DNA from: Utricularia gibba
Lineage: Eukaryota; Plantae; Magnoliophyta
Assembly: GCA_002189035.1 (NCBI GenBank)
Contig: NEEC01000010.1
Span: forward strand, 3,483,450 to 3,547,449
Length of the DNA stretch: 64,000 nucleotides
Direction of reading: 5' to 3'
The notes beneath the pieces are model-generated. The model was not told the origin of the DNA. It was given only the letters and a program-made list of their open reading frames with translations, and searched no databases. The stretch's first letter is position 1. Every line of letters begins with the position of its first letter. The position numbers and the translations under genes are program-made. Below are positions 44,188-56,891 of the stretch, one piece after another.

Positions 44188-46195
44188 TTAACTAGACCAG
44201 CCTCTCTGAGAGCCACCATTCAGTCTGTCAAGTACCGAGTTGAAATCGACCGACTGACCACTCTCCTCCAGTCTCTGGATTGCGCCAGCAACATGCTCCC
44301 CCTGTATCCCATGCTGACAAGCTTCTCAATCAGTTCATTGTATGGATGGCTTCGTGTTGACTGAGGAGGTGCCATATTTTGGATTTGGATGCGTGGTGGG
44401 TTTTGTAGAGATGGAGGGTAAGGCCCTTGTTGGTAATGTGCTGTCCTTCCTCCTTCACCGCCATAAATCATGAAGTTATTTCCAAGTGGATGTGCAGGGC
44501 GGGGGCCATTAGGGATATATGCATCTCCAGATTGTGCACCGTACCCAACCTTGACTTGCTGTGCAGATAATTGTTGAATTTGCTTACCAGAGTTTCCATA
44601 TACAAAAGACATAGCCTCAGGGCTAGCGGAACCAAGCAGTGGTTGAGCAGAAAATGGCACTTGCACAGGAATGCTGCCAGGTGCCATATCTGGTGGTGTA
44701 GAATTTGACTGGCCAGGTAAATATGAGGGATACAGAAGCTGCGAGGAAGTTCTGCTCTGAGGTTGTTGCATTACTTGCTGCTGGGAAGGTTGAGGTGTTT
44801 GTTGCAGCTGGTGGGGCCATTGTTGCTGATAGGGGCAACAGACTGGATCTGCGGGCTTTGGTTTATTTGGGATTGTCCCTGCATTCTAGCAACCTCTTGC
44901 ACTTGTGATTGATTTGGTAGGTACTGTGACTGGGATGGTTGGGGAGGAGTGGCCAATTGTGTTGGGGTCATGTAATATCCCTGCACTTGTGGCATACTTT
45001 GTGGTGGCATACTAGAGGAGGGTTGCGTAGGTGGCTGCTGAGGGAGTGGTGGTGATGGTGCAGCAACTTGGTGAGGTACAAGTGCCAATCTCTGATCATG
45101 CGACTCAGTAGACAAGTCAAGGTTTGTTGTTTCAGAAGAGGGCACTGGAGCTCTATCCTCGTTTTGCTGAGGTTTGGTAGGGGAAGGGCTTTCTTTTTGA
45201 GCAAGCTGAAGCTTTGCTAGTTCCTTTTGAGTATGTGCAAGCTCTTGTTTATCCCTCAGGATCTGTACGGACCTATGGACCTGCATTTGGAACGAACGTC
45301 AACCGTTTATCAAGCAATGAAAGAGATCTAAGCTAGTAGTTGCAGTCATCCACCATAAATCCAGGAAAACAATGGGTAAAGGCGAAATAGTTGTGTTTAA
45401 ACAAGATAGAAACGTGCCTCTTTCACATGCTTTTCCAGGGACTTAAGCCTAGATTCTGACTCCTGACGATCACGGTTTAAATCTGAACGCAGCTCTCCAA
45501 TTGACTTGTCAACATTGTAGCAGTAAAGTTCCAACTGTGACAAACGAGAGCTAATACCCTCCAGAAAACGCATAAGATTATCCGTGTACTTCTTCACAGT
45601 GTTTTCCACAACAGAAGTAACTTCTTGATTGAAAGAAGATTCTTCAGGAGGACTGTAAGTTGATGCAGGAAAAACTGATAATCTGGACATCCTACTTTTG
45701 TGAAATTCCTGGTAAAAAATAACACGCCACTCTCTTTAGAAAGCATGACCATAGAGCTTAATTGTTAACAATCTTAATATAAGCACAAGCTTCCACGTAA
45801 TGGCGATTGAATGGCACACAAAGAAAATTCGACGAAAAGCAGCCACTCAGCGGAATAGCGGGTGCACAAAACTCAGAAAATTAAAAAGATAACTAAAAAG
45901 GCGATAATCATCAGCATACACAAGAAAACCCTAAAAATCACACCCCCCCCCCCCCCCAACGAAAACAGTAAACACGATGCAACAACGAGAACCTAATTAC
46001 ATGAAGATTATCTGAAAAAAAAGGGGAAAAAAAAACTGCCTTAGAGGAGTCAGGCGCTAGCGAAGAATCGACATGGCTTCCGTTGTTTCCATCCTGGTTC
46101 CCGTAATCCTCGTAGGAACAAAGAATATCATCTGATGCGAAATCGAAAGGTTTGGAACCAGCAACATTTCCTCTCCCCGAAGGACCTGATGCCAT
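44188..46195 (-). CDS. FLOE1: FLOE1-like prion-like protein (DS domain, coiled coil, QPS-rich IDR, DUF1421); two 1-nt frameshifts as sequenced
   Basis: MASGPSGRGNVAGSKPFDFASDDILCSYEDY; RFLEGISSRLSQLELYCYNVDK; VHRSVQILRDKQELA; HPYNELIEKLVSMG. The correct C-terminus EHVAGAIQRLEESGQSVDFNSVLDRLNGGSQRGWSS* is in a shifted frame. Confidence 0.9.
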
Positions 46196-46811
46196 AGATG
46201 ATCTACCTAGATGAGGGTTGAAATGAAAGGGGTCGTCAACGAGAAGTGCTTCACCTGCCTTAGACCGGAAGGATCATAAATAAATAAAAACAATCATTGC
46301 AGGAATTCTTATTGGAATTGGGCCTTTGCGCCACAGAACGATGTAAATTAAAGGATGAGTATGCCCAGTGGGAGAGCCCATTAAAGACAATCTAGGCCCA
46401 AGGGGCATTACGCTATTCTCAACTTTAGGGAAAGAATTAAATCATCATGAGATAAATGCTGGCTTCCAATTGCGGGGCTTGAATCATCGGACAGGGCTTG
46501 TGGTGCCACTGAACCCTTTGAAATGGGATATGCATGTAACGCCCAAAATCTGCTTACCTGTTCTGATGCATCCAAATGTGCATTTTGGTATTCACTTCAC
46601 CTACGAAACACAACGAAGAACATATACTACACTACAACCGTTACATACTTCGAAGTATATGTTCATGCCTTCATGTTCTTAATCCGCTATGCATCGTAAA
46701 ACGAAACTGTTGTACATTTGTAACTTGGAATATCAAGCAGCAAAAAATGTTCATCCGGTTATTATATCTCATAGCACCTTATCCCATCCAACATGGCGGA
46801 GGCGACATCAT

Positions 46812-47887
46812 CTATTTGCTCCACCCTGCGGGGCCCCCTGGGCAAGTTTTCGCTCCATTTTCAGCCGGCTTTGTTGTCATTTGTGGTCTTCTCAAAAACT
46901 TGAGCGGCCATCTTCTCGGTTTCACTAAACCCCCTAATTTCATTTGCTCTTTCATAACCCTGCGGTTGGTAAACCATGCTCCCCCACGCCAACCAAATAA
47001 ATACCTGTTGTGACATTGGGAAAAGGGGCCTGGAAATTAGAAACCAAGGGCTGCTGAGAAGCATACAGGAAACACTGTCTCACTCACCCGAGGATGAAAC
47101 TGGTTCCGGCCGTAGCGACACAAGCTTGAAGACTCATACTTCCTGAAACCAGATTCTTAACCACGTGTTCATCCATAGATTTGTTTTTCATCTGACACAT
47201 GAAGACCACAGTGCCACCATGAGGGAAAAAATGGAATCATCAACACTGCCTCAAAGACTGAATAAAGCAGCAGTGATTGGAGGATGCATTTGATCAAGAA
47301 TAACAGTAACAAAAAATTACAGCTTTCTCAATGGATTCAAGCCTTCGGTCAACTCTTGACTCGTGAAAGTGACGCAAGGTATACCCTGTCAAAAAATAGC
47401 AATCAATCACCCTGGAATTTCATATGAACTCGGTTTTCTCAACGCAAACCTGCATAGCCGTAAAATCTTTCAGGAATGAGAAATTTTCTAAATCGAAATC
47501 AATACTGGAAAAATTCCAGACTTGCACATGCTTTCGTTAGTTTGAATCAGAGCCGCAGTAGCTGTTAGCCAACAAAGTAATCAAATCAAGATCATAGAAA
47601 GAAAGAGAGACCTGCCCAAGCTGTAGCAACAGAGGCTACGGAAGTGCAGACAGTGAAAACCACCTTATGCCTCTCAAATAATTCCTGAAATACCACAAGT
47701 AACAACCCGAACCAAAACATTTGCCTAAAAAAAACTCATCAAAGGTGCTTCGCTATACCTTGGAGGCAAAGAATGTGTCCTGGACGGCATGCATCGATTT
47801 TAAGGCTTTTCGCCTAAACAGAGGCACGGAAAGACAATTCGTGATCACAAAGCCTGAGGCCCTCAACCGTCGCAACCTACCGTACAT
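46812..47887 (-). CDS. Conserved uncharacterised plant membrane protein; 5 exons
   Basis: Hand-spliced with GT-AG introns: MYGRLRRL...MHAVQDTFFASK / ELFERHKVVFTVCTSVASVATAWAG / YTLRHFHESRVDRRLESIEKA / MKNK...ACVATAGTSFILG / YLFGWRGGAWFTNRR...WSK*. Not visible as one ORF in the track. Confidence 0.8.
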
Positions 47888-48330
47888 TGAATGAAAACCT
47901 GCTGATTTTGACTTCGATCCCTTGGTTGATTAGAGTTCCGAAATTGGCGGTCTCCAAATGGCTTGCTGAGAAGCAACAGTGTCAAATAGGGTTGGGGAAG
48001 GAACCTCTTCGCTTGGGTGATTTAAAGTCTTTTTGAAAATCTAAATCCACCCCCGAAAACAATATTTTTATTCAACAATATCACTCTAACGGCAGAAAAA
48101 CAAGACATGATTGCTTTTCGTTTTGAACTAACGATAAGCTGCCGGCCATTTTATGCCAGCACCCAGCAGGGCGGAGGGAGGCGATTAAGGAATGGATTGC
48201 TTGTTCCGGAGTATCTGGATTTAGACGAGGTGTTGGAATAGGAAGTGCATCATCAGTAAATGTGTTGGGTCGAAATATATTTATCTCAAAATCTAGAGCT
48301 ACGATCAGTCTTGTTCTTGAGTCTGCCTGG

Positions 48331-49113
48331 CTATGGGTTTCTGATAACGCTTCCTTTGAAAACGTAAACTATGTCACCGGTTTTAACCCCGTGCCAACGA
48401 AGGCTGTGATGCTCCCTCATAATTCTCTGTTTATGAACAAATATGTAGTCATCTGCAGGCAGCATTCTCCTGTCAACCACCATCTCTCTCATCTGCTCCA
48501 CCATCGTCGTCTCCATAATCTCCAAATCGATCCTCCTGCCGTTCAACACACTCAACGAGGTCTGCAACACTACACATACCAGAGTCTTCATAAACACGTA
48601 TATTTCCGACATTTCTCTCACGCCATACTCGTGTAAACTTCTCGTATCATCTTCCAATTCTACGGCTCCCCTGTCCAACAGCACTAGTGTCACTCTCCCA
48701 ATGGGGGTGCCATCGATGATGTGGATTTTCTCCTTGAGGCTTCGGACTGTGTCCGAAATGTCGACCTCTAAGTCGATTCTCCGGGAGGGGAATCTGACAT
48801 TTATCTTTAATTTGATGGGTAGGTAATGGATCGCCGGCATTGGTGGTCCGTTGTAAACAAGGACCATTCTCATGCCATCAGTGATTGCCGGATAGTCGGC
48901 CAAATCTAGACCATCAAGAAGCTCGCACCCATAGACACTAAGCAGTTGGCAATCAACCGGAATTCCCACGATGCGTTGGATCCTTCTCTTGATCTCAGTG
49001 ATGGCTTCTTTGCTACCCACATCAATCGGGAACTCGAACTTCTCCATTACCACAGTAATCTTCATGATTCTCGCAATGTTTTTTTTAGGCAAACGGTCAC
49101 GACGATAAGACAT
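48331..49113 (-). CDS. Intronless protein with three tandem divergent ubiquitin-like domains
   Basis: Three beta-grasp-like units (IDVGSKEAITEIKRRIQRIVGIP; LEVDISDTVRSLKEKIHIIDGTP; LEIMETTMVEQMREMV...SLRWHGVKTGD). No C-terminal diglycine. Confidence 0.8.
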   Translation of the reverse strand: MSYRRDRLPKKNIARIMKITVVMEKFEFPIDVGSKEAITEIKRRIQRIVGIPVDCQLLSVYGCELLDGLDLADYPAITDGMRMVLVYNGPPMPAIHYLPIKLKINVRFPSRRIDLEVDISDTVRSLKEKIHIIDGTPIGRVTLVLLDRGAVELEDDTRSLHEYGVREMSEIYVFMKTLVCVVLQTSLSVLNGRRIDLEIMETTMVEQMREMVVDRRMLPADDYIFVHKQRIMREHHSLRWHGVKTGDIVYVFKGSVIRNP

Positions 49114-49307
49114 TTAAGGGGGGAATCATATAAAACAAATGACGGAAAATGCAACCCGTTTGTTGCATTCATTGCACTGGAGGAGCAGAGCAAAGGCATG
49201 ACTTTTTATCATGCTAATTATCCTTGCTAATCTCAGAATCCCAACACTGACAGGTTTAGGCTACCAATTACGGCAAATGGGATTGTTCATTCATTAAGCC
49301 TGGGCAA

Positions 49308-50627
49308 TAGAGATGTTCAAAATATCCACCCAGACCCGGTTTGGATCGGTTCTGACCGGTTCTGGGTGTGGGTCGGTTTTGGATCCATTAAATGAAGAGT
49401 CGGTCGGTTCTGGGTCGGTTTTGGATCTACTGGAAAATATCCAGACCCGACCCAAAACCGATAATATTTTTTCACTAAGAATGTTGGATCATGGGTTGTA
49501 AATAATTATTTATTTACTCATCATGTTTTCATCATATTATTTATTAACATTTATTATTATTATTACTTAAATAATTAAATGACAATGGGGCTCATATTTG
49601 TGGAAATAAGTGGGGGCTTTGCAGCGATGAAGATAGCCATGTAGATTTGGGTTTGTGGATTTGAGTAGTCTTTTGATTTTTCTTGTTGCCTGGAATTTGG
49701 TTGCAGACTCGCAAACATCCTCCCGAAGCACCCATATGAGGGAAGTGGATGTATGAAAAACTGTCTCAAATACTTCTTTCCAGACATCCAAATAAGAGAC
49801 GTGGGTGCCTTGAAATCACTCTTCCCAGATACCCACACATTGCATTTTTTTGTAGGTGCCATCCAACTCTTATTTCAAACACCCTCCCGAGTCACTCACA
49901 TGAGGGAAGAGGGTATCTAAAAAACTGTCTCAAATATTCCTTCCCAAACACCCATATAAGAGATGTGGGTGCCTGGAAATCACTCTTCTCAAACACCCAC
50001 ACGAGGCAATGCACCCGTCTGGAAAATGGTTTAAGAGACAAACGAATATTCTTTATTTATTGAAATTATTTTGTAGTATTTAAGATATATAATTTCATTT
50101 TCAAATTTTTATATTCCAATTAATGCACCCAAAAATTTTTATATTTCTGAAAATTAATAATACTTTCAAAAATTGCACAATTCCCAATTTTTGGGTACGG
50201 GTGCCTAATTTTGCATTTATGGTTCTAGTCGCCCACATTAGCGATTCTGGGAGTATTAAAATTAATTACAGAAAACGTTTGTTTTCAATGTGAATTTTCA
50301 AAACATGTGTGTTCAAATGTACGAAATAACCCTACTTTTGTATCAAAATTAAACGTAACCCTTTTAATTTGTGTGAACATTTTTCCTAGTATTTATCAGT
50401 TTTTTGAGACTTTTAATACATTGTTTTTATATTATTTGAAAACTTTCAAATTCAATGTTTTTAATAAAAATCGGAACCAGTAAGGATCAAGAACCGACCC
50501 AAAACCATGGTTCTGGGTCTATCGGTTCTTAATGGGGTCTGGGTCGATTCCAGGTATTTATCTTTATAGTTGGGTCGGTTCTGGGTTGGCATAGAACTGA
50601 CCCAGAACCGACCCATGAACAACTGTA
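49308..50627. mobile_element. Non-autonomous hAT-superfamily DNA transposon (1320 bp)
   Basis: Termini TAGAGATGTTCAA / ATGAACAACTGTA form a 10/13 inverted match. Perfect 8-bp TSD CTGGGCAA at 49300-49307 and 50628-50635. Clusters of GACCC/GGTTCTGGGT/AACCGACCC subterminal motifs at both ends. No transposase ORF. Confidence 0.88.
49713..50002. repeat. Imperfect tandem duplication with 164-bp period inside the hAT element
   Basis: AAACA(T/C)CCTCCCGA at 49713 and 49877; CTGTCTCAAATA at 49761 and 49925; GTGGGTGCCT..GAAATCACTCTTC in both units. Confidence 0.85.
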
Positions 50628-50871
50628 CTGGGCAATGACCACAAGAAATGGCCTGTCTTTTAATCAGTATGATATGCTAGAGTTTGGAAAACTGGCAAAA
50701 CATATGTAAACACATGAAGTAGCCCCTTCGAACTTGGTTTCTGAGAGTAGCAGCGGCAAATCTGGTTCATGGAATTAGAAGCTTAGTATCCGTCGACGAA
50801 AGCACTCATAACTCTGTTTGCAAACAATAGCAAAAGAGGAATCTGGCAATTTAATAATTAGGCAACCTTGA

Positions 50872-53571
50872 CTAGACCACGCATCCAAAGAATTGTTCCA
50901 AACTATTGGAGGTGAAGACATTAGAAGGGGGACGTTCAAGCTTGGCCGATGAGATGTGAAGCTGATATTTGATGAACCTCTGCAAAACAAGGAAGTTTGG
51001 TTCACGCAAAAATTGTATTCACAATTATAATACTGAGATATCTATGCACAAGTAGTTCATTTCTCCTTCAACTTAATCCATACGGATATACAAATATCTT
51101 CGTTGTACATGCAAGTTCTTTTACGTACGGATAACTGTGTAACAATTTCAGGGTTCGAGTCTATATGCCAATCTGGTTCAAGTTGCCTCACAAAAGATGT
51201 ACGCCCATTCTCTGTGCTGCAGAAGAGAACCTGCACAAAAAATTGAGTGCAAAACATAACAGCTAAATTGATACTTCCACCAGCAACCTAGATATACAAA
51301 ATAAAGGGTTTTGGAAAGTTTCTACTAAACAGAAAGAATATCATTATGATAACCATGCAGTCACTAGAATCACCGTCAACAAGGGCAAAATAGCAACACA
51401 CAATGTACTAGTCCTGTTATTTTTGAAAAACCATTTTTCGAAAAATATAATAGTAAAATAAAAGTAAAAACTTTGCAGAAATAATTCTAAATTTCTATAT
51501 TTTTCAAGATAAAAATTAGTTATATTTGATAATAAAACTATGTTTAAGATGCTTTTCTAAAAGCAAAAGCTATTCCAATCAAGTACTAATTTATTCGTCT
51601 ATCTTTTGACAAGGACTTATCATGTACGTACTACGTGAGTGTTCTGGAGATTGTCAGGAGCATGTTTTTGTTTTTGTGCAAAAATAGAAACAAAAATTTC
51701 GGTGTTACTCGTGGTTTTGGATTTACTAGTGTAAAAATAATAAATAGAAACAAGGAACAAAAGCACAATATGTAACCGAAGTGCTCCATGAATAAATATA
51801 AACACGGATTAGAGAATACACACTAAATCCGGCAGCAAATAGCACGATGGAAGATCATAGATCACCATTCACCTTATCCTTAACCAGGCCTCCAGATGTA
51901 AAGAGCCCTGCATCTTCCAAAGCTGTAAGAACTTTTTTCTACACATTACAGCAATTATAAAGTGTAAATAAAACTGCAGGAGAGCTCTGGCGATAGCCAG
52001 CTAACAGTTGTAGGAATTGATACTCTGGCGATAAGCAAGAACAAATGATATAGTTGCCACAAGATTAGAAATTAAACTGGACAGCAAGATTACCCTATAA
52101 TAACATTATCCTTCTTTCATATAAATTTTTACAACAAATGGAACAAGAAATATAACCCTACAGTAGCCACTTCATGCTGCGTAACTACGGAAAAAACTTG
52201 TTGACAAAAAATGAAGCCATAAAAGCCAGGTTATGTACCCTCAACTTAAGTCATTACAGAAGTTACGATGTATAAAAATCAAGAGAAGACGATTGCATAA
52301 CAAGTTGTTCTTCCTAGGATTACTCTTAAGTCACAAGGTTCAAAAATGACATATACGCAGGAAAAAAAAAAATACATGAGAATTAGAGCACTATACCTCA
52401 CTTTCATCATCTAGCACCCTTTCCATCAAATAAAAATCACATAATTTTGTGATCTCAAGCAGCACTTCCAGAACACATGGCCTTACAGTCGCCTGCTTCT
52501 GGAAAAGGAAATGTCACACGAATCAATTTTCTTTTTTTAATCTGATTGACCTTACATGTCACAGAAAAACGAATAGGGCCACCTGGAGCTCCTCCGGACT
52601 CCTTTCCTCTAGAATAATATCAAGCATCCGGCATGTCACCTGTGGTAGTGGAGATATTGTGGGAAAAGTGACATGGTGCTAATGACAGAATAACTAAGTA
52701 GAAACTTTTCTGCTTAGAAATATTAGGCACACCTGGAAATTTAACCATTCAATCTTAATAACGGAAGCAGCTACAAACAAAAATGTTTACTCAACAACAC
52801 ACACATCTATAGAGATAGCCATGCAAGAAAAAGAAAATCATACTAAATTAATTACCTTCCTCCCATCGCTCAACCTCTGCCGAACAAATTGACTGAAAGT
52901 TAACTGCATGAAGTGAAAAAAAAAACAAAGGAATGTGAAGTTGGGCGATCTTAACAAGTGGAATGAGTATAGAGATTAAACGAAAAGTGTACCGTTGAAG
53001 GCTGAAAAAACTCGTCAACAACATTCTGCACTCTGTAATCCTCGGAAAGATTGCGCACACCTGAGGCTGAGGCACTGGTTAACTCATGACCACCAACATG
53101 GGGAGTGATGGGGTTTGGAGTTTGTCTCTTGGGCTTTCTTCGGAGTGACGCACTGGGCGCCCTCAGTACTCCCCAAATAAAAATTGTGGCAAATGAAATG
53201 GCCGCTAAGGCCCCAAATGATCGCGAGTCCTGCATTTTGCAAAACGACCATCAATTCATCAACCCAATAAAAAAGCTTCAAATCTTATGGGAATCCAAAT
53301 TCAAGGTCACATAGCTGGTTCCAACAAGGAAGCCAGAAATTCCCGAAACCCAAATTCTACAACGAAGTGGACTGGAGGTTGATAAAATGGATCACAGAGC
53401 GCATTTGGAGAAAGAGCAACACTCACGAGTTACGACAATGAACAAAACAAGAATATAAAACAAGGAGAAAGTTGAAAGACGAACAAGATGTAGATTCGAA
53501 AATTTGTAGGTGAGAAAAGCTCCGATACGCCTAACAAACTGCAGAAAACCTTCCTTGGAATGGTCAGCCAT
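50872..53571 (-). CDS. PEX22: Peroxin 22; about 8 exons
   Basis: MADHSKEGFLQFVRRIGAFL; TM segment DSRSFGALAAISFATIFIWG; VTCRMLDIILEERSPEELQ; FCSTENGRTSFVRQLEPDWHID; ends SLEQFFGCVV*. Confidence 0.92.
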
Positions 53572-54783
53572 CAAAATTGGAGCCACTAAACTTTTCAATC
53601 TTGGCGAACTATGGAACCAACAATATGACCCCTTTGTCAGAACTCCTTGTTCACCAGCCAATTAGAGCTCGTGGAACTGGAGAGGTGCAGAGTGTGTTTC
53701 AAGGAACGAAATCAAAGAGAAGGAAAACCAAAAACCCTCGGGCCACCGGCCACGTTATCATACCATTTGTTAGTTGAAAAAATGAAAATAATAATCACAT
53801 TTTAGTCATTTACTGAAGAAATTGCTTGATAAACTAAAAAATAGTAAAATCGACAGCAGTTAGTACAAATTTGAAAACCTTATAATCATATATAAATATT
53901 CTTGAATTACAAATATACCGATTCGAAACAGTTAGTATGGAGAAAGCAGATCAAGCAAAACTCATTGCTTTCGTATAGGTTGAAGAGCGGATGGAGTGCG
54001 ACTTGGCACTCCCTCTTCATTGGAGATGAATTCTCCTTTCTTCGTAGAAAAAAAGAAGGATGATATTGAGAGTATCCTTCTGACAACCCCATTGTCGATG
54101 CTAAAAATGCCAAACCTTGGTTGTAGGTGTTATGAATTTGATGTTTTTGTTTATTTTTTATTATTATCTTTATACAAGTATAAAAATGTTTTTATCATTA
54201 TTTGTTAGTATGATTTTTTTTTATTTCAAAGTTTGTTTGGATGTTGGTTGAGATTCTTCAGTAGTAGTTTTTTTGTGTGTCTGTGCTCATTAGCTCAACT
54301 CGATGAAAAAAAAACACAGTGAATCTAAGCAAAGAAGGTGATACTAAACCTGATTAATATAAGCATCTAATTCAAACATTGAAACATATAATTCAAAACA
54401 TTGGAAAATCAATAGGAAAAGTTATCATCGAGCTATTGAATCTATATATTTTTTAAGCTAATGTCAACACCATTATATGAATTGCAATCGTATATTAATT
54501 TTAAAAGTATTATTATTATTAGTTGACTTCTTTAATATTATCACTAACACAATTTTAGTGATGTCATCACCGACATCTATCATATATTACAATTTGTGGA
54601 AACGGTATTAGTGAATATGAATTTACTTTGTAAACTGATTTTCATATACACATTTTCAAATCATAGACTCGAAATCGAGCATATAAATGCAATGTAAATA
54701 ATAATAGTATTCATATATACGAATGGAATGTGACATATGGCATTAGTTATAGGATGAAGTTTTTGGTAAAAAGCTCGAGAGGC

Positions 54784-55440
54784 TTATTCCTCCGAATGCG
54801 AAGAAGCATGTGAAGAAGCCATTGCTGAAGAAACAACATAGAAAATGGCCAAACTACCATGAGCAAAAGCAAAGTAGGCTCCACGCTCGAAAACATAGTA
54901 GTGCGCGAACCCACAGGTTGATCTTGTGTGGTTGTTCGACCACGTCCCGATGAACAGTAGCAGCATTGTGATAATAAAATCTATCCTGGGTGTCGAAACA
55001 GAGAAACATAGCGTTTGGATTAGAATAGTTTAGACGATGTGTCATTTAGTCGAGGGAGAAGATAAGAGACCATGTCAAAACAAGGAGTATCTTGATGGCC
55101 ATGTTAGCTGACCGCCGGCAGCAATTGCTGAAGCTAGCGAAGATATGGGCCACGAGCACAAGGATCGTGGCAGCGAAGCCAAGGACGAGTGCATCGTGGC
55201 TCGGCTCGTTGCATTCAATTATCCAAATCTTCAAATGACGGGCCTGAAAAAGTCGAAGACAAATGTCATGAAACAAACAAAAACGCATGCATGAAACCAC
55301 AATGAATAATAGACAGCTCCTCTCAAACAAGTTACTTTATTCTCAGCCCTTTGCGCCTGGAGGCCCAGGATTCCGGCTGTGCCATCCAACAACATGATGA
55401 GCAAGCATATAAAGACTGGACACAAAATCTTCAGATTCAT
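54784..55440 (-). CDS. DUF1218 membrane protein (VCC/DESIGUAL/MWL-like); 3 exons
   Basis: LDGTAGILGLQAQRAENK / ARHLKIWIIECNEPSHDALVLG / ...NNHTRSTCGFAHYY...GAYFAFAHG; four hydrophobic segments. Confidence 0.82.
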
Positions 55441-56891
55441 TTTGAGTGTTTGATGAGTGAAGAGTAGAGGATGATATCATATATAAAAACTACAAGGGAA
55501 GGCAGGGCCTCACATAACATAACATCATTCTAACAACATTGCATAGGCAATAGGATTTTCGAATGCTTCATCAGTCAATGGGGATGCGAACTTTCCCATT
55601 TTAAATTAAAATCACAAACAAGATTATGGATGTTTGGTCAAAAAAATTTTGGATTCTATGCTATGGAAAGAAGGAAGAATGGGATGTAGATGCTCACAAT
55701 CCCAATACCAATGCTCGTTTGTTCATGTTGATAAATATATCCTCAATGATTAATACTTCCTTGTACAGAGATCGGCGAGCAAGCAAATCTTATGTGCAAG
55801 TATTCTGCCGATACACTCTATTATGCATACATTTGCAGACATTGTTCCATGGATTTTTGATTGATAATCCCTGTAATGTCCAAATCTTGTGTTCACAAAC
55901 CAGTAAGAGAAAAGGGAGATGTGCATTGCATTTGCAAGGCTCTTTTGTACAGCATCAGCGTAAGGTAAATTGAGACGCTTAGAAATTGTGATGGGTTATG
56001 GAGTGTAATTTACACACCATGCAGCAAGCTAAATGATAATCGTATTGATGCCAGTTGTTTGTGGAATTCTCCCGTATGTTTGTGAAATATTCATTATATC
56101 CTGCATCTAGGATTTGGAAAACTTGAAAGATTGTGAAGTTGTAAGTTCTAATTTTGAGAGTATTGCTATAAAATCATATATATTATTGTAAGATGATTAC
56201 ATTTAAAAAGGTCGTATACTTCAGTCTACATTGAAATATGAGGATCAATATTATTAAATAATGAAACAGTAAAAATAAAATATGTAATACTTTTAAATAA
56301 TAAGTATCAATTATAACTGTTATTAAAAAAGATTAGTCAAATTACTAAAATAAACTTATTTTCATCTATTTTCCACTAACCCTTAGGTAAAACTAATTCA
56401 AATTAGTTTTGTCAAAGCAATTAGAATTATTGATCAAAATTTATATTTTAATATAATAATAGATATTAATTATGAATATATAATAAATTAATATGATTAG
56501 ATAAAAAATATTAATTCATTCTAATTTCAGCTTTGCATGGTTTTCATGATAAATAGATGCTTGATTCGGTTCCATTCATCCACGTACTAAAATAGTATGT
56601 ATTATTGTGAAAGAAATAGAAACCAAGATTAGAGAACCAACAACGAATATGCTGTTCCCTATATTCTAGACGATCCACAAGGCATTTTTCATGGCAACCC
56701 TTAAATAATATTGGTCCCAACCGAGATTGTTTTACCAAAATCCTAATAATAGCAGCAACCACGCCACTCCACCCCCAGGCTTTTCTTCTGGTTCCACTTG
56801 AACGGACCATGAGACCGGCAGCATCACCCGGCCAGAGAACGAACCGCGGCTGAGCTGAGACAAAGGCTTTTTGATTTGGAAGGAACGGAAA

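Noticed and set aside
45927-45934. AAACCCTA in FLOE1 intron 1 (and TAGGGTTT near 39595)
   Set aside because: Single telo-box-sized motifs are common in plant genes and are not evidence of an interstitial telomere.
51408-51590. AT-rich insertion-like stretch in a PEX22 intron
   Set aside because: No convincing TIR or TSD could be defined.
54300-56520. AT-rich tracts flanking the DUF1218 gene (Helitron-like?)
   Set aside because: No terminal TC...CTRR with hairpin identified; cannot classify without a repeat library.
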